DNA of 64,000 bases. Source: Chrysemys picta bellii (Eukaryota). Below, in pieces: positions 48,462 through 61,465 of this stretch. The stretch covers positions 54,622,001-54,686,000 of the forward strand of contig NC_088796.1 of the NCBI RefSeq assembly GCF_011386835.1, written 5' to 3'. Position numbers and translations under genes: made by a program. Each line of letters opens with the position of its first letter. The stretch's first letter is position 1. Below the pieces are notes generated by a model. That model was given only the letters and a program-made list of their open reading frames with translations, was not told the origin of the DNA and searched no databases.

Positions 48462-49753
48462 GTGGAATGGAGGTAACTTTGAGACCAAAATGAGTCCAAA
48501 CAGGTGGTTTTTTAGCAAAATCTGACCATAGGCCGCGATTCAGCAAGGTAAGCATATGCCTAACTTTTAGCATGTGAGTAGTTCTATTGACTTCAACAGC
48601 CACAAGCTAGAACCACTTGCAGGTAGACAGGAGACCCAATCTGTACAGGTCTGGACAAAGGAATGGAGTGAAGGAACTCTCAATACTCCATTATCTAGAA
48701 GGAAAGCTGATTGCCAGCCTCACCCATTAGGCATCACTTGTTCTGGAAGTCAAGGGAAGGGAAGAGTTTGATCAATGTAGGAACTGCTCTATTGCAAAGC
48801 CATCTGTCTGTCCTGCAGTGGGACATCACAATTGTGAGTGCTGTCTATACTATGCTTAGGTAGCTAGGAGAAGGATCCAGAGTGAGTTAAGACCTGGTCT
48901 GGCTGCACACACAGTTGATGACTTATGTGGAGGAAGAGGTGTGTCAGCACCTTGACATACCTAAGCAAGGGTCAGGCCTTCAGCATTTGTTTATTACTGA
49001 ATGTAATTTACCTTTCTTCAGTCAGTCTTAAAAAGCTCCAGCCCAGGGGGCAATGTGTACATACCCAGCCACCTTAACTACTATGAAAAAATGGCTTGTT
49101 CTATGAACCTATAAATCAGCATTTATCTTTACATAGTGTGAAAGGGTTTTCTGGGCTTTTTTTTTTTTTTAAACGCAGAAGCTTTATTTCCCTGAAACTG
49201 AGTCAAGGTATAAAGATCTGGTTAAAGGCTAGATCTTTCCAGATCTTATACAATTTTGGCCCTAGTCTCTCAAATGCCATTGCCTGGATAGAGAACAAAT
49301 CTAGCTGCTTCAATTGCACTTAAAACAAACAAACAAAAAAAACCCACACACACACTCAGCCCAGCAAAAGAGTGCCATACAAACTCAGATCTGACACCCT
49401 GTCCCTGCATTTCTTCTGTCTTCGGTGATTTATAATTAGAAAAAGGTTGAGTTTTTAGATAAAGTAATTAACCTTTTTCAATTTTTATTTCTATTACATT
49501 TATGGAGATAGCAAATATAGGTTTATATTGTCAAAAGGGAAGCATTGCTTGGTTTACTTCTGATTTTATTGCTCTGTGATGAAAGACTTTGAAAAGCCAC
49601 TGATAGTGTAAGTGAACAGCTATCTCTCTTCACTTGTAAAATCACTGACACAAAGCATGCTCACGTGGTCTTAGCTATGCCCTTGCAAACATAAGCACCA
49701 ATTCTCCAGAATTCCCACCATGCAGCTCTTAGGATTCTGTTCTATTTATATAT

Positions 49754-50423
49754 TGTGACAAAGTTCCTCCTCTATCTTGGTGGGTCCTGTGCTTATTGGC
49801 AGATTTTCTTGCCTCAGAGATTCACCATGTGGATTGGGGAACAGCCAGAGACATTCCCCTCTGGAAGAACCTACAGTCCAGGTCAATTGGGAGGTTTGGG
49901 GGGGGAAAACCAGGCCCGCCCTCTACTCCGGGTTCCAGCCCAGGGCCCTGTGGACTGTAGCTGTCTATAGTGCCTCCTGTAACAGCTGCATTACAGCTAC
50001 AACTCCCTAGGCTACTTCCCCATGGCCTCCTCCAAACACCTTCCTTATTCTCACCACAGGACCTTCCTCCTGGTGTCTGATAACACTTATGCTCCTCAGT
50101 CCTCCAGCAGGACACCCTCTCCCTCTCAGCTCTTTGCACCTCTTGTTCCCAGCTCCTCACACTCACACCACAAACTGAAGTGAGCTCCTTTTAAAACCCA
50201 GGTGCCCTGATTAGCCTGCCTTAATTGATTCTAGCAGTTTCTTCTTAATTGGCTCCAGGTGTCCTAATTAGCCTGCCTGCCTTAACTGGTTCTAGCAGGT
50301 TCCTGATTACTCTAGTGCATCCCCTTTCTCTGGTCACTCAGGGAACAGAAAACTACTTATCCAGTGACCAGTATATTTGTCCTCTACCAGACTCCTGTAC
50401 CCCACTGGTCTGGGTCTGTCACA
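49754..50423. mobile_element. Solo LTR (670 bp), Gypsy-type
   Basis: TGTGACA...TGTCACA termini with a 4-bp TSD ATAT (49750-49753, 50424-50427). Confidence 0.85.
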
Positions 50424-53400
50424 ATATGTTCACAGACTAGGGATTTTCAGCACAAATTTGTTGGATGGCAATTTGTAACGATCCCAGCACATGCTACAAA
50501 CTGATACAGATTTCAAATATAACACAAGGGAGATTAAAGAGATGCACTTCCAAAGTAGTGCATGGGAGATAAAGTGCTCACATTCCATAAACATATAAAA
50601 AGATGTGTGCACACACCTCTTGCAAACTGCTTTGAAAATCCAGTCAACAGTTCTTTTGCTATCAGATGTTTGGATTCATAGTTTAGAGCTTGCTGTATTT
50701 ACAGAACTCTGAAGATATCTCCCAACTCAGAGCTGAATTTCAGCACTTGATCTAACAGCAGAAACCACATTATTTCCGCCTCTTGAACACAGACATGAAC
50801 AGAATAAGCTATTTTTCTGCTGTGGAGGCTGAATTCAAATGTTTCCAAACAGACTCAGACTTATTTATATGGTATTTAGATTTGAACAGTTCATCCCGCC
50901 TAAAGACAGCTTTGTAAATTGTGATAGGATAAGCTCTTTCTGTCCACAAATCCTTTAAGAAACATATTACATTTCCTTTTCAATTACTGCAATTTGTTGT
51001 AGCAGCAAGAAGTCAGGCTGTGAATATTTACATGTATGTTGGAATATTATATAGCCTGAAAATTCTCTTTGACTAGCAATTTACTAGCACAGCACATGCC
51101 TTTGCTCATATTGGGGTTATAAAGTTTAGATTTTTACAATGCTGATTTTTTTTTTTTTTTGCAATGTTTTCAGATGATAACTTTAACAGTCCTCTGACTG
51201 CACAGGCAGCAGCCTAGTACCTCACCCTTTACTATCAAAAGGCCACAGTTTTCCCCACAGTGATTTCCTTTCAACAACTGCAATGCAGGACAAAGACAAA
51301 AGAAGAGATGTAATCACTAATTCTCTTTGAGAACTGCATGGGGGTTCCAGCTCAGGATTCCCAAAGAATAAAAGAGAAGACATGAAAAGAATTGATGTTT
51401 AGGCCATTCAGAAACTGGAACAGAGGAATCCTTAGCTTCACATCTGAGGAGAGTAGGTTGAACTGCATACCATCCTGGACACACTAACCACATGACACAA
51501 ACAGGTAACATTCATTATCCAGGTGTTCTCAACGGGTTATATTTAATCACTGCTTCCTTTTGACATTTATGAAGTTTCATTATTATTTTAGCTCAGGCTA
51601 AAAATATTTATCTTTTATTTAAAACTCACATAAACTCATGTAGTGTTTTGTGCAGGGGGGAAATGTGCAACTTGAAGACCTGGTCCCCACAATATAGGGA
51701 AGAGACAAAAGGAAAACAAAATGAGGTATTGGTGAACTCATTCAGATAAAATTAAAATCCGGTGTGAGCCTTTACCCATAACTCAAACAAAGCATTTGAG
51801 GTTTGAAAGAGATGGTTAACTTGTGTCATCATTATTTTTCATGTTTTGGCATTTGTGGGTTCTGGTTGGAACCTGAAAAGGAAGCAAAAATGCCAGCGTC
51901 TCAGAAAAAATGTCTGTTGTTCATGTGCTGGCCTAAATGGAAGCATAAAGTAAAAGAAAAACTTTTCTTAAGAGATTTCCAGGCCAATGCGGAAGACTGA
52001 AAAAAGCTTCATTAGCCAAATTTGTCCATGCTTTTCCAAACTGAGCCAAACATTCAACTCACATCAATAAAAAAGGAAAAGAACGGAGTGAATAATTTGT
52101 AGCAAAGTATTCAACAAATTTAGCTTCTTTTTTCGTGGACTATCAGCTTGAGGATCATGATTATCTAAAAACTGTATTCATTTTTTAAAGGTATTAATTG
52201 AAAACTGTGTACATTTTTGGTGGATTGATTGTATTTTGAAATTTGAGCTGTACCTCTTTGTTGTAATTGGTCTGGTAAGTCACATGGTACTCTCTTCCCC
52301 CTGACTTAATGAACACAAAAGTTGTATATTTTCCATGAATAATATATATTTGACTTTGAAATTTATTTTCCTCAAACATTTGTGCCAGCCAGACTCTTGA
52401 TTGAATGTGTGGGTGAAAGCACATATTTGGGAGATTTTCCTAGAGGATTCACATCTCTCTTCAATAATATGTGACTGGGTGTGAAACCCCACACAGTATT
52501 TGGTGGGGAGGAAATTAAAATGCCGCCTTCTTCGCATATTGAAGGAAAAGGTTCCCCACCAAATTATTCTCAACTGCCTGGGAGGGAGTCCTTAAGATGA
52601 GGAGCTAAATGCTCAGAAAGAAGTAGCCCAGCAATGGATGACTCCCTGGGATCAGTATAGAGACAACTGACAATTAAAGTGATCCAATATAAATAGCAAC
52701 AGGGAGTTTGTTTCCTCTGCCATTTTTGTGGTTTGATGCCCTTTTCTGTACTTCCTAAAACTGTCTAAACCACCCTTGAGAGATAAGTTGTTGTAGAAAC
52801 CCTCTTCTGAGGGGGAAGAAGTTTGTTTGAGACAACAAATATTCTAAACTGGGAACTTACTGTCTTTTTGCTTGCCAAGAGAAATAAAACATGAGAAATG
52901 ACTATCACTTTAACCTTATCGCTATACGCTACAATGTACCCAAGACAGTTATTAGCGGAGATTGAGGAAGTTAAATGTACAAAAGTCTAGAAAACAGAAG
53001 ACTCAGTGTGATGAACACATAATTTACAAGATCGCAATGAAGGTTTTACAATAATTCAGTCTTCTGAAGCTGTGTGTTGGAAAATAAATCTCAGAATTTA
53101 CTCTTACAGATAAGTACGTGAGGATGATTACTGAACTGTGTTTGAGTACTCAGAGAAAGATAATTGTGATAAATTAGACCAAGGGGGGAGATTTGGGAAG
53201 ATTGAGAAATGGTGGGGAAACTCCATTGAGACAATGAAATATGAACAAGCTTTTTACTGCTTGCACTATGGTCACATGTCCTGTTTTATGATAAGAAAGA
53301 CCTAGATGTTTACACTCATAAATGTAATAGACAGAGGCCAACATTTTCAAACCTTGGTGCCTAAAGTTAGGCTCCTGAATCCCCCACCAAGCAGCATGCT

Positions 53401-54019
53401 GCCCATTCACTTGGTTTGTTATGTCTCACCGGAGTTCCTCACATTGTCTCTAGTCTTGATTTTTGCCATCTCAATCTTTGCCTCTTTTTCAAATTATTAA
53501 ATAAATTCAGTCCTAATATAATGCCTTGGGGCTCCCTTTCAAAATTGGCCAGTTATTCCTACACTTTATATTTTATCCCTTAACCAATCTCTAATTCATG
53601 ACATTGTTATCTTTCCCATTTCACTTTAGTTTACAGAACCATTTACTATATTTTAAAAAATATTCCAGAAGGCAAACTATCCTAAAGCTTTATTCAGAAT
53701 TCACAGGCACTGACTGTGTCAAGCCAGTGAGGTACTAGGAGACCACTAAAGCTAATGAAGTGAATGGGACTACTCACCCGAGTAAGACTACCATATTTGG
53801 CCCCAGACGGTGCAGTGGCAATAGTGGCAGCTTTTCTAATGGATGTGAGTGAAGGGAATGCACAGTGTGAGCTAACGAGCATGGCCAGGCATGGTCCCCA
53901 TAGGAAAATTAGTATCCTACATAGAAATGACTTTATATTCAAATTCAGGATTATAGTTCTTAGCATAGAAGGATTTTTTAACAACATTATTTAGCCCTGC
54001 TTTTTTTTACTCCAGGTTT

Positions 54020-54630
54020 TTCCACCACTACACTCTGTGGGCTGAGGAAGCCATGCCTCCTCACCCCTGCTGGGCATGCTCCAAGTGGAACCAGAGTATA
54101 AAAAGGAGTAGATCATCTCAGTCTGGGCTGGCCACTGACGAGAGCAGACATGTGTTGCAGGCTCCCATTGGGAGATTGCCAGAACTCCAGGACACAGAAG
54201 CCAACTGGGTTGAGACATCAGTGGACCGTGGATGGAGGAAAGACAGCAGAGGCCATTAGACTACCAATGGTGGAAGGAAGAGTAGGAAGCAGCACAGGAA
54301 ATGTGACGGTAGTATTGAGTGACTGAGGCTGATTATAGAAACCTTGGTTCCTTAGCATCCTGTGCTGGGACCCAGTGGAGAAGGGTGGGCCCAGGTTCCC
54401 TCACCCCAGCAGCCCTGCCACTGGGACAGCCGATGCCTGGAGGGGCAAACTTAACCATTATGTGGACTTGGATTGCTAGGCCAGGCTGTCCTGAACCGAA
54501 GGACAGCCCCACTGATTCTGGCCATTGGGCCACACTGCCCTGAGCTGCAGGGCCACTACCTAAATCCAGGCCACTTGGGCCATCAAATAGCCATTTTGAT
54601 AACCCCCACAATCCGACACCCTGTGATGGT
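54020..54630 (+). mobile_element. Degraded LTR-like element
   Basis: TATA-like GTATAAAAAG followed by GGGACCCAGTGGAG...GGTGGGCCC motifs shared with 60196-60953. Ends are not resolved. Confidence 0.45.
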
Positions 54631-54810
54631 GTGTACCTACCCCGGGACAGGCTCTCTTTCTCTGCACTACATGCCCCTTCTCTTTCCTCTTAATTCTTCG
54701 CACCTCCCAGGCTCAGCACTTGCATGTGCTTACCTTCTGTTGATTACCCACGCTATTATTATTCCCAGTGAATGACCATTTACGTCAATGATTTACAATG
54801 CACCCATTTA

Positions 54811-55551
54811 GGGCATGGCTACACTTGCAGATGTAGAGCGCTTTGAGTTAAACCAGCCTTCATAGAGCACAGTAGGAAAGGCACTGCAATCTGTCTACAC
54901 TGACAGCTGCAAGCGCACTGGTGTGGCCACATTAGCAGCTCTTGCAATAGCCACAGAGAGCAGTGCATTGTGGTAGCTATCCCAGCACCCAAGTGGCTGC
55001 AACGTGCTTTTCAAATGAGGGGGGTGGGGTGGAGTGTGACAGGGAGTGTGTTGTGTGTATGTGGGGTGAGAGAGAGTGGGTTTGTGGGGGGCTGAGAGCA
55101 TGTCAGCATGCTGTCTTGTAAGTCAGACAGCAGCAGACCCCCTCTCTCCCCTCCAGCCCCTCTCTTCCCCCCCCCCCTCCCCAGCATTCCACAGTAATGG
55201 TTGCTTTGTCTCGGAGCAGATAAGCATGCTGGCTGTCAAAAATGTAGCTTTCAAAGGGCATATTGGCATGATTCCAAAACAATGACAAGTGTGGCCACTT
55301 GACTTAAGGGGATTATGGGACGATCCCGGAGGCTGATCAGAGCACAGTAATGCAATATCTGGTTCACACTGGTGCCCAGGCATTTCAGCCAATGCGCACC
55401 AAGTACTAATCTTCTCGCCAAGATGGAGTACCAGGAGCGCTCTAGCCCTGGAGTCAGAGTGCTCTACATGCCTTGCAGGTGTGGACGGGTAGTGAGCTAG
55501 GGTGCCCAGGGCTGCTTTAGTGCGCTCTAACTCACAAGTGTGGCCAAGCCC
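54811..55551. mobile_element. Non-autonomous PIF/Harbinger element (741 bp)
   Basis: TIR GGGCATGGCTACACTTG / CAAGTGTGGCCAAGCCC with TTA on both flanks (54808-54810, 55552-55554). Confidence 0.9.
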
Positions 55552-55631
55552 TTAGTATCACAGCCTTTAGCAGTTGTTCTCTGCACTGCACACAGACTAA
55601 TGCCTTCCTTCCAGATTGCCCTTGTACTTAC

Positions 55632-55829
55632 CTGCTTATACCAGATCTGTATCTGGCTGAGAGCTGCTACTCTACTGAACGCAACGGAGGTGTTCTTTCT
55701 TGCACTCCATCTGTAGTCCTCTTTGGAAATAATTTCTGAACTAATAATATCAATGTTCACTTTACCTATGCCTAAGATGACACTTCCATCTGTATGAAAA
55801 TCTAAGTGCATTTTCATAGGATCATAGCC
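55632..55829 (-). CDS. Candidate internal exon, 198 nt, phase 0-0, unknown product
   Basis: Acceptor TTTTTTACATCTCTCAG, donor CAG|GTAAGTA, and 66 open codons (GYDPMKMHLDF...QIQIWYKQ). No homolog recognised. Confidence 0.3.
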
Positions 55830-57667
55830 CTGAGAGATGTAAAAAAGTTACTAAATCAATAAGTCCATCCTTCTAGTAGGGCTGAATCAGAAACATAGCA
55901 AATATTATGCTTCATTTTAGTCATTGCATATATTTATTCAATATGGGTCAAATTCTGAAATCCCTACTCGCTCATATCATGTCCTCTGTGTGTGAATGTG
56001 GAGTGCACTATCTGTCCATGGAACTCACCTCCCCACCAATAAGAAGAAAGAGATCAGTCACCTCCCTCCCCCATCCCAAAGGAGCTGTGCTGCCAAGAGT
56101 GAAGGGGAATGCCCGAGACAATGCAGAGGCATTGATCTTCCATGAAGATGGTCTTTAACTCAAGGAGATCCTTTGGTAGCCAAATAAATCTCAAGAGTTT
56201 CACAACCCTTGAGATTTATGGGGATGGAACCACAAGGAGGCAAACCCTGGTCCCCATTCTCCATGGAATGATTTCGGGAAATCTCAACAGGAGATTCTCC
56301 AGGTTTTTGTCTTATAATAGTCATCTCCCATTGTTTTTCCTTGGGAGAGGGTGGTCTGCATCTCACATGTTACATAGTCCTTTCTTAAGAAAAGCTTTCA
56401 AGTCAACAGTAATTTTGTTTCTGTGTGGAAAGAGCAAAAACTGAGTAAGACTCCAAGATTTATCCTGCATGGAAAGAGTTTGAAAAGGTATGAACTATAA
56501 ATTAAAGCTAGATCAGAGCTGAAAAGTTAGGATCTGGAACTGAACTTTTTCAGAGTTTGGATCTGGTGTTTTAGTTGGACCCATCTCTAGTGTACATTCT
56601 GATGGTATTCTGTTATCTTTTCTTCTACTATTTCTCTTACCCTCAGAATTTCAGTTATTCTGATAATCTTAAGCTTCTGTACTTGAGCTTCTTGCTGATC
56701 TTTCAGTTAGTAAAAGAATGATGATATCAATCAGTAGCTGAAATAAGCTTAAAATGTATATACACTAAGCACTACTAACTAGAGGTTTTACTCAGAGCAG
56801 TCAGTGACTACGGTTTTTTTGACTAAAAATGTCCTTAGATCAGCAAGCAGGATGCTGTTCTTTTAACCTCCTCCACCTCTGTTTTCTGCCACTTGCTGAC
56901 CTCACACAGGATATGAATTTGACTGTAGTGTTACACAGTGATGTGTAACATCACATTAACTTTGGAGTTAATTAAAACTTAAGTTATAACCCATCCCACC
57001 CTGCACTTCAGCCTCAAAAAGCTGTGGTTGGATTTTTATTTAAAACTTCCTTATAAAAACAGATAGTTTCCAGTTCACCACTAACACATCTAGGACCCAT
57101 TTCCTCTTGCAAAACAGGTTCATTAATTTTGCAGTGCCTTTGAGTATCTATCCACTCAAATAATATTAATAAAATATAGATCTGCTGCGAACAACATCAA
57201 TTAGGCTGGCAAGTCCCCAACACAAACTGGAGATCACTTGACTGGGTCATTTTGGATATTACCTAAGAAAGATCATGAATTTTTTAAACTGCTATAGCAG
57301 GACACAGGTACAGCCACCAGAAATAACATCATACAGCTCCACATTTGGAATCTTACTAAATTTCCAGTAAAATGTGCTTTGCTCACTTCCAAGCAGAATG
57401 AATTATTTTTAAGTTTTTATCATTTTAGCATACAAGGGGCTTTAGTCTTTCAATGGTTTCACTGAAAGAAGTGACTGGTTTCACTTGTGATGCTGAAATA
57501 GTGTATAGACGGCTCTTCAACAGAGCAACAGCTATTTACATTTGAGTTCATTTCTAAGCAGGAGATATTATTAAGAGGGACGAACACAGCCAATGAAAAG
57601 TCTATTATATTTTGTAACAATAGAATCTTCTGATGGTGCATCTAGTTACATTCTTATAGGCTATAAT

Positions 57668-57828
57668 CAATGTTCCCTCTAATTTTTGACAGGTCGTGTG
57701 CACAAAAAATGTCTTCTGTGCAAATTGTTGTGTTTCTGTGCAAAGTTTTGTGCATGCAGTATTTCGCTGTGTGCGCGGGGTTTAGGATCTGTGCGTGTGC
57801 ACACGCGCACAGGTTAGAGGGAACAGTG
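57668..57828. mobile_element. hAT MITE (161 bp)
   Basis: TIR CAATGTTCCCTCTAA / TTAGAGGGAACAGTG. Perfect 8-bp TSD GCTATAAT (57660-57667, 57829-57836). Confidence 0.92.
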
Positions 57829-58125
57829 GCTATAATAATATCACAGCTACAGTGCAATAAATTATATTGACATCCAGTATAGCAAAAGGACTGTCTGTTT
57901 TCAGAACTTTTTTCCTTCAGATCAAAATTCTATCTAGTTCTACCATACAATAGTTGCTATAACATGATTATTATGAGGGTTTCATGAGTCAGCATCTTTC
58001 ACTTGGGAAAGAGCTCTTACTATTACCCAAGAAGGAACCAAGTGTACATTTTTTTGTAAATAAACAAGATTACCCCAAGAATAAACCTGACTTGTATCAC
58101 TGATTTCTTCAAGGCTCCAAACTAA

Positions 58126-58607
58126 GGCTGTTTCTACACTTTACAACAGCATGTGGAATACATACACTGCAGACCCCCTAGCATGGGTATAAATAGCAGT
58201 GTAGATGATGAGGCACTGCTTAGGTGAGTAAAGACATGCCAGAACCTTAGGTATATACCCTACATGACTCCCTATATGCCCAAGCAGTGCCTTCCACATC
58301 TACACTGCTATTTTTAGCAGTGAAATGTCCCACTGCCTCCCCACAGCCCGAGCCTCTCTCTGCTGCAGGGAAAGCCTTCATCAGTGGGAAGGCAGCAGGA
58401 AAAAAGGCTAGCAGCTTCCTATTTCTGGAGCCTTTCTTAACTGCAGGAAAAGACTGGCAGTGGGGAAAGGCTCCAGCAACAGGCAGCCCTTCCAGAGCCT
58501 TTCACTTCCATGTGTAGCTCAACAATCCAGTGTAAACATAGCCTGCTTTTTCAGTGCAGCGAATGGCTACATGAACCCTACACAGCACCGCCAACATAGA
58601 AAAGACC
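58126..58607. mobile_element. Harbinger-type MITE (~480 bp)
   Basis: Starts GGCTGTTTCTACACT after TAA. Internal CAGTGTAGA/TCTACACTG motifs. The degenerate right end is followed by TTA. Confidence 0.65.
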
Positions 58608-59968
58608 TTATACTAACTGCTTGTGCCCAGAGGGACAATAATACTGTTTACCTTATTTAGAAGAAAAGCAAATATAATAAAGGTAGATTTAAAAAATAGT
58701 CAAAGATGAACCCCAAAGACTTAGAATGTTCAGTCTGGCTAAGTGTCCAAGAGTTCATATGCAGATATGGATTTCTTAGCTCTATAAAACTGTTGAGACA
58801 ATCATTATGAAACTGGCTTCTCACTGCTTTTTCACCTGGATAAAACCAATGAAACCAATAAAACCAGGTGAATTCAAAAGTGAATTACAAAGGGAGGAAA
58901 GTTAAATAAACTTTTTTAAACTTCAAAATGGATTTGCAGGGGAGAGGTGGGTTGTTTTATGCTTTGGGTGAAGGCTTGGACTGGTCCTTAACTTAGCTGA
59001 GCCAGTTTGCCCAACCATAAAAGAAAGAATAGTTAGTAATAACTAGAGAACAAGGTAAGGCTATATTGTGGCATTTGAGTCACAACCCACACTGAGGAAC
59101 TAGCATATGTGTTTTGGGGCTATACAACAGCAGCAGACACTGAAATATTCTGCTTGACTCAGCCAAAGTGCTTCCCGGAAAGCACCAGCCAGAATGGAAG
59201 CTGGACAACCTTTTAAAAAGCTGCAGCACGTACTGTCTCCTGTTCTCACTGTCTCTCCCCCCTCATTCTGTACTCTACTGGTACAGAATGAGATGAGGCA
59301 TGCCCTGTGCCTTCCACTTTGATGAGAATAACACCATATTCATTGCTGATCTCAATTTTAAAACTCCTAGAATTATAGCCAAATGTCATTACTATTTGAT
59401 GCCTTAAATGAATTTGTGGTTTCAATATTTTTCCTACTGGACAGGTATCACATTACAGCAGCCACCACTAGACACTGGTTAGCTATTATCTGAAGTAAAT
59501 AAATATATAGTTAAAGACTCCAACATCTGGGAGAAGATGATAACTGAAATAAGAAGGAAAACAAAGAGCTCCTCAATAAAGAAAACTTGATCTCAAGGGT
59601 AAAAAGAATGCCAAAAGTCATCTGATGACTTTGTATCACCTCTGGAATACTTTCTAGTTGTTCACAGCAGGTCATTGCAAAACTATTTGTCTTTGAAATA
59701 CAATAATAAGCTGCGATAAATCTGCAACTTTTTTTCGTATAGCTGCACCCCAGCACCATCTATAAGCTAATGCCAAAATGCGATGAGCTGCCAGTCCTTG
59801 AAAACCGTAATGTTGTAAATCTATGTCAATGTACCACATCTACTCACTGTCTCTTACTTTACTGTTTCACTGAACAAAATGAAAAAATCAAGGGCTCCCA
59901 GAGAGCTGACAAGAATTAAAGAATAAGCAGCAGAAGCAGTGTCCCTTTTATTCCAGCTCAAACTTATA

Positions 59969-60149
59969 CACTCGATATAATGTGACCCAATATAACACGA
60001 ATTTGGATATAATGCAGTAAAGCAGTGCTCCGGGGGGGCGGGGCTGCACACTCCCATGGATCAAAGCAAGTTCAATATAATGCAGTTTCACCTATAATGC
60101 GGTAAGATTTTTTGGCTCCTGAGGACAGCGTTATATCGAGGTAGAGGTG
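59969..60149. mobile_element. Tc1/mariner (pogo/Tigger-like) MITE
   Basis: CTCGATATAA ... TTATATCGAGGTAGAGGTG|TA. The left TIR has a small deletion. Homologous to 43788-43971. Confidence 0.8.
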
Positions 60150-60195
60150 TATCTCAGATTTGGACATAGAATCAGAATGACTCAAATATAGGGAC

Positions 60196-60953
60196 TGTGG
60201 TGGGGTGGCTGACCCACACAGGTAGATGGAGGGTTAAAGCAGCCCTCAGGGAGGCTGCGCAAAACCCAATCAAATGGAGGAGAGCTTGTAGAAAGCCAAT
60301 CAGGGGAAGGTTTGTTGGAGCAGCCAATCAGGGCCAGGGAGGGCTATATAAGAAGGGCTTCTCAACAGAGCAGGGCAGTCTCTCCCTGGAGTGCATGGGA
60401 GAAGGACTGGCTACCATAGAAGAGTGCCTTAGATGGAGTAGTGCTGGGCAGGATCAGGGGAGCAATGGGGAGCTCCAGCCTGAGGACTGCCAGAATGAGG
60501 CTCCTGATACAAAGGGCTGAGAAGGTACTAGGGCTGCGGGAAAGTGGCCCAGAGAAACAGATGGTGGAATAGGAGGAGGGACAGTATGTGGCTGCTGCCT
60601 AGAGGGTCCCTGGGCCAGGACCTGGAGTAGCGGGTGGGCCCAGATCTCCCCTTCCTTTGCCCCACCACTTGCCACCAAGGGGAGTGGCCAGTGTAGACTG
60701 CAGTTTGCCACTGAGGTGAGTGCCTAGCCTAAGGACTCTCAGGTCCCCTGGAAGGGGGGTGAGAACAGAGAGCGACACAGCCAGAGGGCTGTGTCCAGAA
60801 GAGGATGCCATGGTCTGGGGAGCAACATGGGTCCTATAGGTGGAGGTGAGAGTGATGACAGGCGAGACACCACTAAATGAGGGCTCTCTGGTGAAATGAG
60901 AACTAATTCCCAGGATGGCCAGCAGGAGGTGCCGTGGATCCTGCTCTGTTACA
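60196..60953 (+). mobile_element. Solo LTR (~760 bp)
   Basis: TGTGG...GTTACA termini, two CCAATC boxes and a TATATAA box. The TSD is decayed. Confidence 0.65.
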
Positions 60954-61039
60954 AGGTCAAATGAGAATTGTGGCTTTGGATCAAGCTCAGAGCTTGTTCC
61001 CAAGGAGAGCTGGTATAATGAAAAAGGAGAACAGGGACT

Positions 61040-61168
61040 ATTTTTAAGGCCTGGCTTGTCAAAGCCCTGGCTGGGATGATTGAGTTGGGGTTGGTCCTGC
61101 TTTGAGCAGGGGGTTGGACTAGATGACCTCCTGAGGTCCCTTCCAACCCTAATATTTTATGATTCTAT
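61040..61168 (+). mobile_element. Very short 5'-truncated CR1 3' end
   Basis: GCCCTGGCTGGGATGATT...GGACTAGATGACCTCCTGAGGTCCCTTCCAACCCT...ATGATTCTA, near-identical to 62310-62436. Confidence 0.9.
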
Positions 61169-61198
61169 TCATTCATTCATTCATTCATTCATTCATTC
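61167..61198 (+). repeat. (ATTC)8 microsatellite
   Basis: Seen directly, contiguous with the CR1 tail. Confidence 0.9.
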
Positions 61199-61465
61199 AC
61201 TTTCTCACTTCCCCATTCTACTGTCAACTTAATAGTGGCTGCTTCCTGGATCACTAATAAATAGATGCTGGAACAACATTGGAATCTTTCCCACACCGTT
61301 AGATATCACTTAGGTCATGAACAAAGCTCCACCATCCTTGTCTATCCTTGATTGCACTCTGCATGTCCTCTGTGTTTTTCAGTCCCATAAAACTTTCCCT
61401 CTCTAAGTACTGTTTGATGGAAGGATTCTTTTGGTTGGCCCCTTTTGCATGGAATGCCTTAACAT

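Noticed and set aside
47887-48603. Six overlapping 62-199 aa ORFs on both strands
   Set aside because: They arise from GC-rich, stop-poor tandem repeats inside the hAT MITE and give Pro/Ala/Gly/Arg-rich low-complexity translations.
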